Virus record (IMG/VR): IMGVR_UViG_3300020045_018882
Coordinates: 1 to 29,317 of that record
Length of the DNA: 29,317 nt
DNA from: a virus
Lineage: Duplodnaviria > Caudoviricetes
Reading direction: 5' to 3' (one strand)
This document shows positions 8,374 to 19,009 of this stretch, piece by piece. The notes under the pieces are model-generated. The model saw nothing but the letters and a program-made list of their open reading frames with translations, was not told where the DNA came from and searched no databases. A program made the translations under genes and the position numbers. Position 1 is the stretch's first letter, and the number at the start of each line of letters is the position of its first letter.

Positions 8374-9113
8374 CCAATATAAATTCCTAAAGGTTCAGAG
8401 TAAGATCTGATCATATCATTTTCCAGTCTCCGAACATCATTTTCAGCTTGATTCCAAAGACGGTCTCCATTAATAGATAAACCGCCTGGGAGAGGAATGC
8501 TCTGATATTTCCCAAGATTTTCTCCCCACTGTTTTTTAATTAAAGCAGTGGCATATTCTTTGAGCCAATGATCAGCCCAAACGTCTGGATAAGTTTCGGG
8601 ATCAACAACCTGATAAGCTTCAATCAGAAGAAATTCACCTTCATTATAAAGTTCCCAGTTGGTGTCAATATAAAGTTTGTCAAGATTCCGATTATAACGC
8701 ATGGGTTTTGTTCCCACTAAAATGCTTTCCATCAAAGATAGATACTGCATATTCATAAAATAAGGAACTAAAGAGCGATTAGTTAGAGAGTAAAGATCGT
8801 TTAAGACTAGTTGATATTTAACATCAAAAAACTGAGAAGTGCTTCCGGAATATGCATTTGAGTTAAATACTTTGACAGCTCCAACGATGTTCTCAGGCAA
8901 TGTGATATAACCATTTTCCTTATCCTCTTCTTGTATTTCGTGTTTGTAATAAAGTTTTTCAGTTCCGTCAAAATGAAAACGGTAATAATAATTGATAGCG
9001 TCTTGAATTCTGTCGTCAACTTGGGAATCTGCTACGTTAATTTCAATGACAGGTTTGCCTAGTCTACGGAGACAATATTCTTTAAATTCTGCGCGGGTGA
9101 TTGGTTCTGCCAT
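8370..9113 (-). CDS. gp13: T4 gp13-like neck protein
   Basis: EYCLRRLGKPVIEINV..QV.DRI, FHFDG, WLKEYATALIKKQWG.NL.KY and LPGG. Confidence 0.93.
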   Translation of the reverse strand: MAEPITRAEFKEYCLRRLGKPVIEINVADSQVDDRIQDAINYYYRFHFDGTEKLYYKHEIQEEDKENGYITLPENIVGAVKVFNSNAYSGSTSQFFDVKYQLVLNDLYSLTNRSLVPYFMNMQYLSLMESILVGTKPMRYNRNLDKLYIDTNWELYNEGEFLLIEAYQVVDPETYPDVWADHWLKEYATALIKKQWGENLGKYQSIPLPGGLSINGDRLWNQAENDVRRLENDMIRSYSEPLGIYIG

Positions 9114-10975
9114 TAGTAAGCCTTTGCTAAATACCCTTCAAAAGTAGTGTTGTTGACTCCTCCGCCATTTAGATCTAAAGTATTTCCAGCTCCCCCAGAA
9201 ACGCTAATTCTCGGAGCTACATAATCTCCAACAGCCATACTTACTTGAACATCAATTTCTAAAGTAAAAGGGCCACCAGCAGCAGGTGGGTAAAATCTCT
9301 TAGATCGTGTACCATTTGGAGTTTCAAAAGATAGATAACCATCACTAGCTGTAGCTGGCATATCTATCATTTCAACCGCAAATCTAAAATAATATATACC
9401 TGCAACTTGCGCTACAAATGCCCCGGTTGTAGAATTATAAGCAGATCCATTATTATAAACAACAGTATCACAAATTGGATAATAAAATGCACCTGCGCCA
9501 GTAACATTTGAAGCGGTTGCACCTAAATAAGCTAAAAATCTTGGTCTATATTTTCCGAGCACGTCACCTGGATCAGAAAGTTTTGTATTAGCGTTATTAA
9601 AATAAACAGCTCCCCCAGTTATATCTGAACAGGTGTTAGCAATATAGATACCAGTGTTTAGATTAAATACATATTCATCAATAATTGGCTCATCCCATCC
9701 ACCCTTTGTACAAGTGTTAGCAAGATGGATTGCGTTGTTTCCTGCTCCATAAATTTTTGGGGAAGAAATACTGAATCTTGTAACATAATCCAATTTAATA
9801 ATATTGTCTGTTTCGGCAAAAGCTGAGAAATATTCTCCCCCATCAATAGTAACTTGCCCATCTGAAGTAGCATTTTTGATTCTGAGAGTGTCGCCTGCAT
9901 AATAATAACCGTAAGAGGTATTACCTAAAACTCCTCCAGCTTGATAAGCAGTGTTAAATCCTGCTTCAATATAACCTCTAGCTATATTCATATTATAGAG
10001 ACCAATTCCAGAAACATTATTAGCTTCAAACCCAGTTTGTGAAGCATTAATATGACCGTTGGTAAATTTCCAAGTTCCTACAGTAGTCCCATTATGATTA
10101 CCCTTGAACCCATCTCGACATCCAAAGATTTCAAAATTGGACCAGTATATTCCCTCAATCCAACCATCAACATCCACACCAGCAGTAAATCCGTCAATTT
10201 CTAAAGCATTTCCAAAGAACCCAAATTGTGAAGAAGTATTAGCTGATCTAATTTTAAGACCTGTAGCTGACTTACCAGCGCCTCCACCATGGATAGTAAC
10301 ATTATCCATGGACACAAATCTTACCTCAGTTAAATCTATTCCAGTTCCCCAATATTGAGCAGGTCCAGTATTTCCACCGTAGACTCCATCCCAGCCTATA
10401 ATTTCGATATCCCTTAAAACAATTTTTGTATCAATTGAAGATGTGGAGTGTACATAAATTGCAGTATTTGTGCCTGCTGAAGTTGTAGCTACTGTTAGCC
10501 CTGTAACGCCTTTTGAGTGATATCTGAGAGCACCAGTACATGGTAAATCCAGACAACCGTTTGAAAATTTTAAAGTTGTAGCACCTATACCCTTACCTTC
10601 AACTATACCGTAAGCAGTATTAGGCACTACGAGATTAGCTGAAGCTAGAAAAGTACCAGCCGGGAAATTATAAACGCCGTTAGCAAAAGCATTATTGATA
10701 GCTGTAGTAGAATCTGTATTCCCGGTTGGATCAGCTCCAAACCATGTTACATCTCTATTATTTCTTATAACATTTTGAACAAAAGCAGTCGTGGCAATTT
10801 GAGTGTTAGAAACAGTATTAGCTGCTGTCGGAGCAACTGGAAGCCCTGTAAAAACTGGAGAAGCTAAGGGAGCAGTATTTGCAAAATTTGCATTAACTTT
10901 CGTGAAGGCTGCACGCATGGAATCACCTGTTCCATCGTTTCCTACTGTTCCTAAATTTACGTTTGAAAATGCCAT
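9113..10975 (-). CDS. Tail spike/fibre: gp9/gp10-type anchor, pectate-lyase-like beta-helix, C-terminal C1q-like domain
   Basis: N-terminal GT..NDGTGD..RAAF.KVN.NF; DVTWFGADPTG.TDST.AI..A...G...FPAGTF; C-terminal YNSTTG.F.A..AGIYYF. Confidence 0.75.
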   Translation of the reverse strand: MAFSNVNLGTVGNDGTGDSMRAAFTKVNANFANTAPLASPVFTGLPVAPTAANTVSNTQIATTAFVQNVIRNNRDVTWFGADPTGNTDSTTAINNAFANGVYNFPAGTFLASANLVVPNTAYGIVEGKGIGATTLKFSNGCLDLPCTGALRYHSKGVTGLTVATTSAGTNTAIYVHSTSSIDTKIVLRDIEIIGWDGVYGGNTGPAQYWGTGIDLTEVRFVSMDNVTIHGGGAGKSATGLKIRSANTSSQFGFFGNALEIDGFTAGVDVDGWIEGIYWSNFEIFGCRDGFKGNHNGTTVGTWKFTNGHINASQTGFEANNVSGIGLYNMNIARGYIEAGFNTAYQAGGVLGNTSYGYYYAGDTLRIKNATSDGQVTIDGGEYFSAFAETDNIIKLDYVTRFSISSPKIYGAGNNAIHLANTCTKGGWDEPIIDEYVFNLNTGIYIANTCSDITGGAVYFNNANTKLSDPGDVLGKYRPRFLAYLGATASNVTGAGAFYYPICDTVVYNNGSAYNSTTGAFVAQVAGIYYFRFAVEMIDMPATASDGYLSFETPNGTRSKRFYPPAAGGPFTLEIDVQVSMAVGDYVAPRISVSGGAGNTLDLNGGGVNNTTFEGYLAKAY

Positions 10976-10990
10976 GAGCCCTCTTTTAAC

Positions 10991-10998
10991 TATTTATG
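10991..10998 (-). promoter_or_regulatory. T4-type late promoter CATAAATA
   Basis: Intergenic, 15 nt before ATG 10975, followed by a GAGG SD. Confidence 0.7.
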
Positions 10999-11001
10999 AG
11001 G

Positions 11002-12573
11002 TTAGTAACCTATTGCCATCCAAGAAAAAGTCGTCCCAATCAAAGTATTAGCATTTCCTGAAAAAGTAATAGTTGCAGTATCTGTGTTGTGAAATTCATC
11101 CAAAATTATTCTGGAAGTGCCTGCATGATACAAAATAGATGGAATGAACTGGAAGCATTCGTTGGGAAATACCTTTGGAAAATAAACTGTATAATCATTT
11201 GTCACAACATCATCAACAGCATCCTGACCCCACTGAATATAAAGACCTCCAGGAAGAGATGAATAACCTGTTGAAGTCAGAAGTCGATCAGATCCGGCTA
11301 TCCCCCCAATTGAGGCAGGGGTTAATAATTTATTTGAAACAGCAGAGTTAGCAGCTTCCACAGAGTTGGCAATTGGTAGTCTGGAAATATTCAGAGTGCC
11401 TGCTACCATATTTGTGGCATTAGTGAAATAAGATGAATCAAGATTATCTAATCTGTCAGCATCAAGCCCAGAACCAGCTCCCATATTTCCCGTATGAAAA
11501 TAATAATTGTTAGCAGTGGTTCTAATATTATCAGAAACGATAGCAGCTGCTGTCAAAGCTGAAATATTAACATTCCCAAAATATCCATTCCATCTTATAG
11601 AAGTATTCCCAAGAAAGAATGAAGTGTTGGTAGGAATTACATTTGACGAAATTGAAGAGTTAACATTTAAAACTCCTCCTGAAATCAACATCAAAGCAGT
11701 ATTGACGGTAACGTTAGCAGAAAAGGTTGTGGTTTTCTGAAAAGTTGAAACCCCGTTAGATATCAAAGTTCCGTTGAAGGTTGCTGAGTTTGCAAAAACC
11801 GTGGGAGAGTTGATAAGAGTTGTATTGCCGTTAAAAATATTAGTGTTAGCATTAAATGTCAAAGTGTTAGATGTGAAAGTTGTGGTCCGATTGCTAGACA
11901 CAAAGTTCGTACTTTGAATATTGACTAAGTTAGCAGTGTTGGAGATATTGAAAGTTGTGGCTTCAAATGTGAAAACTGATCCAGTGAAAACAGTGTTAGA
12001 ATCAAAAGTCAAAGCAGATGCTGACAGATTCTGAATATCAACATTATTAGCTGTCAAAGTATCACAGACAACATTCCCAAAAAAGCCGTGCCATTTTAAG
12101 CTGGTATTGCCTAGATATAACAAAGTGTTGGCAGGAATTATATTTGACGAAATTGACGTCAGAAAATTAACTTTGGAATTAGCTATAGAAATAGTGTTGG
12201 CAATATTCGTTGTGATTGACGAGATTGAAAAAGATGTAGCATTGAGGCTGATAACGTTTGACGAAATTGAAGTTGTCAGATTGTTTGCAAAAACGTTAGC
12301 ATTTAGATTAACATTATTAGAAAAAGCCACATTAGATGAAAAGGTTGCTTCTCCTGGAGATGTTAAAGTACCTCCTCGGAAAGTTTCCCCTATAACAGTA
12401 TTAGCTCGGAATTGCCCAATCAGATTAATATTTCCAAGAGTATTAGCACCGGTATTGGCTGTGTTAGCAGTTATGACTTGATTGGAAACAATATCAGCAA
12501 TCTCGTTAATTTTAATACCTAAAGCATTAAAAGTGTCAAGATTCAAATTAATGTTTGCGACAGGTACTGACAT
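11002..12573 (-). CDS. Tail fibre-like virion protein
   Basis: N/T/S-rich shaft with two IP.N....LGNTS..W repeats; G.GSGLDAD.LD; C-terminal GY..LPGGL.IQWG...FP..FPN...WMAIGY fibre domain. Confidence 0.75.
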   Translation of the reverse strand: MSVPVANINLNLDTFNALGIKINEIADIVSNQVITANTANTGANTLGNINLIGQFRANTVIGETFRGGTLTSPGEATFSSNVAFSNNVNLNANVFANNLTTSISSNVISLNATSFSISSITTNIANTISIANSKVNFLTSISSNIIPANTLLYLGNTSLKWHGFFGNVVCDTLTANNVDIQNLSASALTFDSNTVFTGSVFTFEATTFNISNTANLVNIQSTNFVSSNRTTTFTSNTLTFNANTNIFNGNTTLINSPTVFANSATFNGTLISNGVSTFQKTTTFSANVTVNTALMLISGGVLNVNSSISSNVIPTNTSFFLGNTSIRWNGYFGNVNISALTAAAIVSDNIRTTANNYYFHTGNMGAGSGLDADRLDNLDSSYFTNATNMVAGTLNISRLPIANSVEAANSAVSNKLLTPASIGGIAGSDRLLTSTGYSSLPGGLYIQWGQDAVDDVVTNDYTVYFPKVFPNECFQFIPSILYHAGTSRIILDEFHNTDTATITFSGNANTLIGTTFSWMAIGY

Positions 12574-12576
12574 TTA

Positions 12577-12744
12577 TTATTCCGATTTTAAAAGAGAGAT
12601 GATTAAATCTAATTTGCGATTAATACTATTTATCTCGTCTTCCAGGGTTTGAATTTTTTTAGATTTGGATCGAGCTTCTTTATACATATCCAAAGAAGTT
12701 TTATCCTTACTAATCAAAGCGTTGGAATTTAAATCACGAATCAT
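12577..12744 (-). CDS. Small coiled-coil protein (55 aa) within the virion module
   Basis: Manual translation MIRDLNSNALISKDKTSLDMYKEARSKSKKIQTLEDEINSINRKLDLIISLLKSE; ATGA overlap and fills the gap between two large genes. Confidence 0.7.
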   Translation of the reverse strand: MIRDLNSNALISKDKTSLDMYKEARSKSKKIQTLEDEINSINRKLDLIISLLKSE

Positions 12745-15700
12745 ACAGTCACCGCAATTGCTCTAAGATCAGCACATTTTGGGACCACATTTGTTGAAGT
12801 TGATTTCAACCCAATTTTGATGGCAAATGTTTTATAGGTTGAAAACTTCCCTGTATCATTATAATAATTGACAATTCCGTCGTCATTAGGATCTCGGAAA
12901 GCTTGTTTTGAATCGTCAAATTGTTTGATAGAATAACCTGACCCAGTTAGATCCACAATATCATAAGTTGATAGACTTGTAGTATTTCCTACCGCTGAAA
13001 CTTTAGTCACAAAATAATCAGTCTCAGACGAAATAGCTATAACCTTTCCCACAAGATTGGCAGAAAAGTTTGTGTTAGATCCCGTAATTGTGTTAGAAGT
13101 TGAAACTGAAACAACCCCGTCTAAAAGAGTGACAGATGGGAGACTCCCAAATGAATATTCAAACTCTCTGAAATCATTAATGTTGGAGGTATCAGAAGTT
13201 GTGTTAGCTGATACTTGAAGTTTTGTCCAACTTTTTGTCTTGAAAGAGTCAGAATCATTATTATTCATGATCTTTGCAGACACTTCAATTTCAGTTCCAA
13301 CCGGCTGATAACCGGTGACATAAACTTTGATATCTTCAGCATCCATCTGATCGTTCAAGGTTACTGTCTTTGTGATATATTTTGTGACAAGATTTCCCAA
13401 TTGAGTATTCTCATTTGTGGAATCGTTGTTAATTATATTATTATATCTCAAAATAGAGCACGATTGAAGATCAACTGTGGGAGAAGTGTTGACATCATTA
13501 GTAGTCAAAGTTAAATCAACCTGGAAAGAAGAGTTAGCTAAATTGTTAGACTTTGATAAGACGTAACCGTCAAAACCTTTGATGTTGTTGGTGTCGTTAA
13601 ACTTTATAGAATTTAAGTCAACCATAGTTCCAGTTGAAGTAGCAATTTTGGCAGATGCTCCAATATTAGTCCCAGCTGTGGTTGTTCTATAAATCAAAGG
13701 TTGAAAATAATTAATTTGTTGATCAAAAAGAACTACGTTAGCAGATGCTCCTGACGAAATTCCAACCACTATATCATTATTGGAGAATTTGAAAGTGGAG
13801 TTGGCAGCAGTAGAATCGTCCCCAATCAAAGTTGAATCATTAGAATCATAAAAGTAAACAGATGCAGAAGGGCTTGTGAGATAAGATGTTCCGTTAGACG
13901 AAAACTTAGGGAAGGATTTCAAAACAGCTGATGTATTTGACGAAATTGAAACTACCTCAACAATATCATACAGGGATGAAGGTAACATTGAAACAGTGTT
14001 AGAAATTATAACCTTTGATCCAATTTGAAGCTGAGTTTGGAATAAAGTTCCATTCCCAGTCAAAGTCATAGAGTTAGCTTGGAAGGTTACATTTCCAGTC
14101 AAAGAAGTGTTTGAATATTTAAATAAGGATTCGCCGTGAATGAAAGATCCTGAAACATTTGAAGTTGTGAAATATTCATTATCTTTATTAACCAAAGTTA
14201 CAGAGCCAGAAGTTTCTGTAAAAGTTGCGGAATAAAGATTAAATTTAATATCTTCGTCTTGAATTGATTGCCAAGCTGAGTTATTAGTGGAGGTAAACAT
14301 GACCCCACTTCCCCAATCTTGTCTACAAGCTAAAGCTGAGTTGGCTAAATCTGCATAACCTGATTGACCTGTAAAGATTAGATATTCAGGGCTTGCCCCA
14401 TCAGGCATTACCACAAAAGCATAATCAGTATCGGGATTTAATCCGACTGGGGCTGTAAATGTGATAGTAGTCGGAACCGATCCATCATCAGAAATATTAA
14501 CATCAGCTGAACTTAAGTGAATAGATGTGAAAGGAATGATTGACGCCGAAGGATAACCATTTTCAGTAGTTCTCAGCTGAACTGTAATACCTAACGTTGG
14601 ATCCTTTCTCTTAAAGAATAGATCTAACTTTGTCACAAACTTTGACTCTTGAGAGTTGGCAGATTCAGCTGTAATTCTGAAAGTCTGGGCAACCGGATCA
14701 ACATTTCTCTGATTAGCCACAAAAGTTGAACGTGATGTGGAAGTTCGCGTTGTGGAAGTTGTAGTACTTGAAACTGTTGTGGTTGAAACGTCAACTGATC
14801 TTGTGGAAGTTACAAGTTGTGAAGTTGTAGCTGAAAAGTTATAAGCTGAAAAGGATGTGGAAGCATTTGTAGAAGCTGATGATGCTGAATCCATATCATC
14901 AATATCCATAACTCGGAATTCACGATCCCCCACAAAGAATGTTGAAGCAGGCAGATAAAAGAATCCAAATAAAGATCCATCATCATTAACAATCAAATCG
15001 TCTCCGATATTTCCTGATTGAAGCCACTCTGAAGTTGTCTCATTATAGGTTGCGTTTTGTGTGTAGGCTGAAACATTAACCTTATCAAAAAATGAGTAGA
15101 CAATTGAGTTAGGTTTCAAGCCGTAAATTTTAAATTTCACAACCTGTTCACGAATATAAGGATTAAACGAAACGTCTGTGATAAAATCTCCAACCACTGA
15201 AATAGTATCAGTAGTTTGACCCACCAACATATTTTTTGTCTGGGTTGAAATAGTATCAGTCACAACGTCATAATTTTCAGTGGTCAGAGTCCCCTGCCCG
15301 GTATCAATGGTATCTGATCCTGTCAAAATTGTCTGAGTTGAAGAAGTTGTGGTTGTGTTAACTTGGTTGATAGCTTTGATAGCATTCAACTCTTCCATCA
15401 AAGCCAAGGTTGAAGCTGAAGTGTCAATATTTAAAGTTAGAGTGTTTTCAGGATTAACTCTAGTCTCATAATAATTATCATAAGAAGGAACAAGTTCAAC
15501 CGTTCCCATAAAGTTCCAATAATTCTCAGTACAGTTTCTGACGCGTGTTGCGTAAGGTTGTGAAAGTTCCAAAGCATGATCAAAAGGAAGAGTTAAAATA
15601 TCTCCTGATTGAGTTAAATCAGTATTCCCAACTTTCAGATTCAAAGAATTTTGTTTAAACTTTGGACGAAGAACTCCCAAGGCTTCATCAATAGATGCCG

Positions 15701-18700
15701 AATATTCAACATCAAGCAAATTAGATGCATTAAAGTCAGCAAAGGTGTCAACAAAAATCCCATTTTTAAATCTGTTCAAAGAAGGATCAACAGCTGACGG
15801 AATTAGAAGATCATTTGTCTTTGATTCAAGAAGGGAGAGAGAAGTATAATATTCCACTCTTGACAAACGATCATCAAGTTTCCCAATATCAGCCATAGTG
15901 TATCTCTTATTTTGATTAAGAGAAATTTTTGTGACATAATTAGGACGAGTATTACCTGCGGCTGCCCCAGTTGTAAGAGTGGGAAAGGGAGGAATATACA
16001 TTGTGGCAATCAGCATAGAATCTGAAGAGTCAGACGATACTGTTGGATTGTCAGACGATATACCTTCTTTAATTTCAAAATTACCATAAGAGGTTAGATA
16101 AACTTTATCATAACGACCCGCATAATATTGAAGATCAGTTCTGAAGTTAGAGTCAACAGATGCTGTTGTTTTTTCAGAAGTATTTAAAGTTGAATTGGAA
16201 GAAGGGTTAACCGTAGCACCCCCAAGCGTATTTGAAGTTGCGGCAGTGTTGGAAATGACAGTCCGAAAATCAACACAGTCTCTCAAATCATAAGAAGAGC
16301 CAGTTGTGGCTGATGTGAAAATTGGGAGATCATAAGTTCTAATTTTATCAGATGGGAGACTTTCAGTGGCATCGTCAACTGGATAAGAATCTACTGAAAA
16401 GAATCCGGCACCCCCGCCTGTATTTGTGTAAGTATAATTATCAACAATTACAGTGATAAAATCAGTGTTAGCTAGAGTCAGAGAACTTGAAGGCTTTTTA
16501 GAGATGAAAGACAAATCATAGAGAGTATCTTTCTGCCCGTTATCCAAAATAAATTGATCAGTAACATCTGTAGCTGAAGTTGTATAATTGGAGTTGGAAG
16601 TTTTCAGAACCTGCCTGATTTTCACAACATCAGGAAGACCTAAACACCAAGGCCCTGTAATATTATTAGCGGTTGTCAGATTTAATTTAACATAAGAATT
16701 TTTGTTAATATTTTTTGTGAGTTGAACAGCTTCAGGTTTCTGAACATTATAGATAGCAGAAATATTCAAAGTGCCAGAAATTTCTTCCCCTAGATCAGCC
16801 ACCATAATATTATCAGTGATGGTGATTGTTTTATTTGAATCATTTTGGAAATTAACCAAAGTGTTAGTTGGGAAGTTTTTATAATAAGCCGCAGAGGTAT
16901 TAGCTACTGAACCATTAGCCGATAAAGTCAAAGAAGTGTTATTAGCTATAGAAATAATTGGGAGGGCAGTTGAACCTGTATAGATAAAATAGTCCCCAAT
17001 TTTAAAATTGGAAAGGAAAGTTGTTGACGTTCCGGTCACAATTGGAGAAGTTGTGTTGACAGAAACAGTTCCCCCATAAACAACTGAGTTAGCAGAATTT
17101 CTAGTTGTGAAGATAAAATCAGCTTTTTCAGTATTAGACAGAACTCCCGAATAAGGAAATACTTGAGGGCTGGTAATATTCTTTTGCATGACACCGTTAG
17201 CCGCAAAAGATACTGAAGAGTCAAAAGCTGTATAGATTAAAAGATTTTCATTATTGTTATCTTCATCCTTCAAAGTTTTGACAGCTTTTTGATTTAACTT
17301 ATAGACATAAGGGGATAAGCCAGCATCAAAAACAAAAACACTCCCAGACTCAAGAATCAAATCACCCACAAAATTATCAGGAGATCCTCCCCCATTATAA
17401 AAAATGGATCGAACATTTTGGAAGGATGATCCGGTTGTCATCTTAATGTTGTAAAGATAAACACGGAAGATAGGATTAGAACCTGTTGAATTAATAGCCA
17501 CAGTTCTGATGTTGGCAGTCCCAATTTCGGAACCAGCCCCAGCCGAAATTCCAGTTGAAACTGCAGACCTTAGAGAAACTATAGGATTAATGTTAACAGG
17601 AGGAATACCTAAAACGTTATTGACAAGAACAAAGTCTCCGTAGTTGATAGAGACAGTTACATTTTGTTTTACATCTGTGTCAATCCCTTTCCGAACTGGG
17701 ACAGAATAGGTATCATATTGACGAACTCGATAACCATTAACATAAGCAGTTCCCGATCCAATTTTGGCTTGGAAATGAGAAGTGTTGCCAGAAATTTCAT
17801 TGGTGATAACGTTAAATTGATTAAGAACATAATTGCCTGATTCTTCAGAAGTTCTTAGAGCTAGAGCATCTCCTAAAACGTTATATTCAGTAGCTTGTTT
17901 TTGACGAACTGGTCGTCCATTTTGGAATTCTACAAGGGTGAAAAAGTTAGAAGTGTTGCCAGCTTCAGCCACAGACATTTTGACAAGAGTCGGAACTAAT
18001 TTTAAGCGGAAAGCACCTGGCGCATTTTCGTTAGGTGTTCCCAAAGAATTATCAAGAAGAGTTGAATCAATTGAAGAATTGACGATGGATTCAACTGTCT
18101 CAAATCCTATCACAACATCTGAAACATTAGAGGTATATTTAGAAACCACAATATTCTGAGGTTCAACTCTAATGAAGAAACCTTTTTGGAAAATTATACC
18201 TTCAGAAACTTTGAAAGAATAACCTTGGCCAGTGGGGAAAGTTTCGGTGTTGGATGTTGAAAAAGTATTACCACTGACAGTAATTTGCCCAACAATATTA
18301 TTACCTGAAAGAATTACGCCTGTCCCATTAGCAGTTCCACCCGAAGAATTAGCTACAGTGACAGTAGTGTTTGAATAATAAAATTCGCCCCCATCTAAAA
18401 GAGTGACAGCAGTTACGTGACCAGTCACATCAGTAGTAATTGAAGCATTAGCACCTGAACCAGTTGCAGATGTAAAGACAACCAAATCAGAATTGGAATA
18501 ACCAATTCCGGAATTAGCTACGTAAACAGAAGTTAAAGCATAATTATTTTCATAAGCAGTTAAAACATCTGTGTTAGCAAAAATACCTTCCCCGTTAATT
18601 CCCTTATTGATATACTTTACGTAAAAAGTATTAAGATCAGGATTCTGAGATTCTAAACCTTCAGCGGAATCAACAATGATAGCAGAAAGGTTGGCTGTAT

Positions 18701-19001
18701 TTTTAATGACGGTATTAGAAAACTTTCCGACAACCAGAGTAGTCCCATCAACTTCTTCGTCAAGAACTTTCACATAATCAAAATTCTGATCAAAGGTAAA
18801 GTTGGAACCTTTAATGATAGTCCCTTCTTTGAAAATATTCTGCCCAAAGCGTTCAACCTGATTCTGAAGAATAGTTTGAGCTTGAGTTAATTCTCTAGCT
18901 TGAACAGGAACTCCTGGACGAAATAAGACACGATGAAAGTTTTTTGTTTCATCATAATCGTCATGGATCGGAGAAATATTTAAGTCTGTTTCTAAAGCCA
19001 T
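12741..19001 (-). CDS. Large virion structural protein (DUF4815/VrlC-like)
   Basis: N-terminal DLNISP.HDDYD..KNFHRVLFRPG..VQARELTQ.Q.ILQNQ; NRFKNG.FVD.F; DPVAQTF; terminal DLRAIA. Confidence 0.85.
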   Translation of the reverse strand: MALETDLNISPIHDDYDETKNFHRVLFRPGVPVQARELTQAQTILQNQVERFGQNIFKEGTIIKGSNFTFDQNFDYVKVLDEEVDGTTLVVGKFSNTVIKNTANLSAIIVDSAEGLESQNPDLNTFYVKYINKGINGEGIFANTDVLTAYENNYALTSVYVANSGIGYSNSDLVVFTSATGSGANASITTDVTGHVTAVTLLDGGEFYYSNTTVTVANSSGGTANGTGVILSGNNIVGQITVSGNTFSTSNTETFPTGQGYSFKVSEGIIFQKGFFIRVEPQNIVVSKYTSNVSDVVIGFETVESIVNSSIDSTLLDNSLGTPNENAPGAFRLKLVPTLVKMSVAEAGNTSNFFTLVEFQNGRPVRQKQATEYNVLGDALALRTSEESGNYVLNQFNVITNEISGNTSHFQAKIGSGTAYVNGYRVRQYDTYSVPVRKGIDTDVKQNVTVSINYGDFVLVNNVLGIPPVNINPIVSLRSAVSTGISAGAGSEIGTANIRTVAINSTGSNPIFRVYLYNIKMTTGSSFQNVRSIFYNGGGSPDNFVGDLILESGSVFVFDAGLSPYVYKLNQKAVKTLKDEDNNNENLLIYTAFDSSVSFAANGVMQKNITSPQVFPYSGVLSNTEKADFIFTTRNSANSVVYGGTVSVNTTSPIVTGTSTTFLSNFKIGDYFIYTGSTALPIISIANNTSLTLSANGSVANTSAAYYKNFPTNTLVNFQNDSNKTITITDNIMVADLGEEISGTLNISAIYNVQKPEAVQLTKNINKNSYVKLNLTTANNITGPWCLGLPDVVKIRQVLKTSNSNYTTSATDVTDQFILDNGQKDTLYDLSFISKKPSSSLTLANTDFITVIVDNYTYTNTGGGAGFFSVDSYPVDDATESLPSDKIRTYDLPIFTSATTGSSYDLRDCVDFRTVISNTAATSNTLGGATVNPSSNSTLNTSEKTTASVDSNFRTDLQYYAGRYDKVYLTSYGNFEIKEGISSDNPTVSSDSSDSMLIATMYIPPFPTLTTGAAAGNTRPNYVTKISLNQNKRYTMADIGKLDDRLSRVEYYTSLSLLESKTNDLLIPSAVDPSLNRFKNGIFVDTFADFNASNLLDVEYSASIDEALGVLRPKFKQNSLNLKVGNTDLTQSGDILTLPFDHALELSQPYATRVRNCTENYWNFMGTVELVPSYDNYYETRVNPENTLTLNIDTSASTLALMEELNAIKAINQVNTTTTSSTQTILTGSDTIDTGQGTLTTENYDVVTDTISTQTKNMLVGQTTDTISVVGDFITDVSFNPYIREQVVKFKIYGLKPNSIVYSFFDKVNVSAYTQNATYNETTSEWLQSGNIGDDLIVNDDGSLFGFFYLPASTFFVGDREFRVMDIDDMDSASSASTNASTSFSAYNFSATTSQLVTSTRSVDVSTTTVSSTTTSTTRTSTSRSTFVANQRNVDPVAQTFRITAESANSQESKFVTKLDLFFKRKDPTLGITVQLRTTENGYPSASIIPFTSIHLSSADVNISDDGSVPTTITFTAPVGLNPDTDYAFVVMPDGASPEYLIFTGQSGYADLANSALACRQDWGSGVMFTSTNNSAWQSIQDEDIKFNLYSATFTETSGSVTLVNKDNEYFTTSNVSGSFIHGESLFKYSNTSLTGNVTFQANSMTLTGNGTLFQTQLQIGSKVIISNTVSMLPSSLYDIVEVVSISSNTSAVLKSFPKFSSNGTSYLTSPSASVYFYDSNDSTLIGDDSTAANSTFKFSNNDIVVGISSGASANVVLFDQQINYFQPLIYRTTTAGTNIGASAKIATSTGTMVDLNSIKFNDTNNIKGFDGYVLSKSNNLANSSFQVDLTLTTNDVNTSPTVDLQSCSILRYNNIINNDSTNENTQLGNLVTKYITKTVTLNDQMDAEDIKVYVTGYQPVGTEIEVSAKIMNNNDSDSFKTKSWTKLQVSANTTSDTSNINDFREFEYSFGSLPSVTLLDGVVSVSTSNTITGSNTNFSANLVGKVIAISSETDYFVTKVSAVGNTTSLSTYDIVDLTGSGYSIKQFDDSKQAFRDPNDDGIVNYYNDTGKFSTYKTFAIKIGLKSTSTNVVPKCADLRAIAVTV

Positions 19002-19009
19002 AAGGGGTC

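Noticed and set aside
11540-12160. Duplicated ~35-aa unit in the fibre as a possible DGR template/variable repeat pair
   Set aside because: Both copies are in frame within one gene, the differences are not adenine-specific, and no reverse transcriptase is present.
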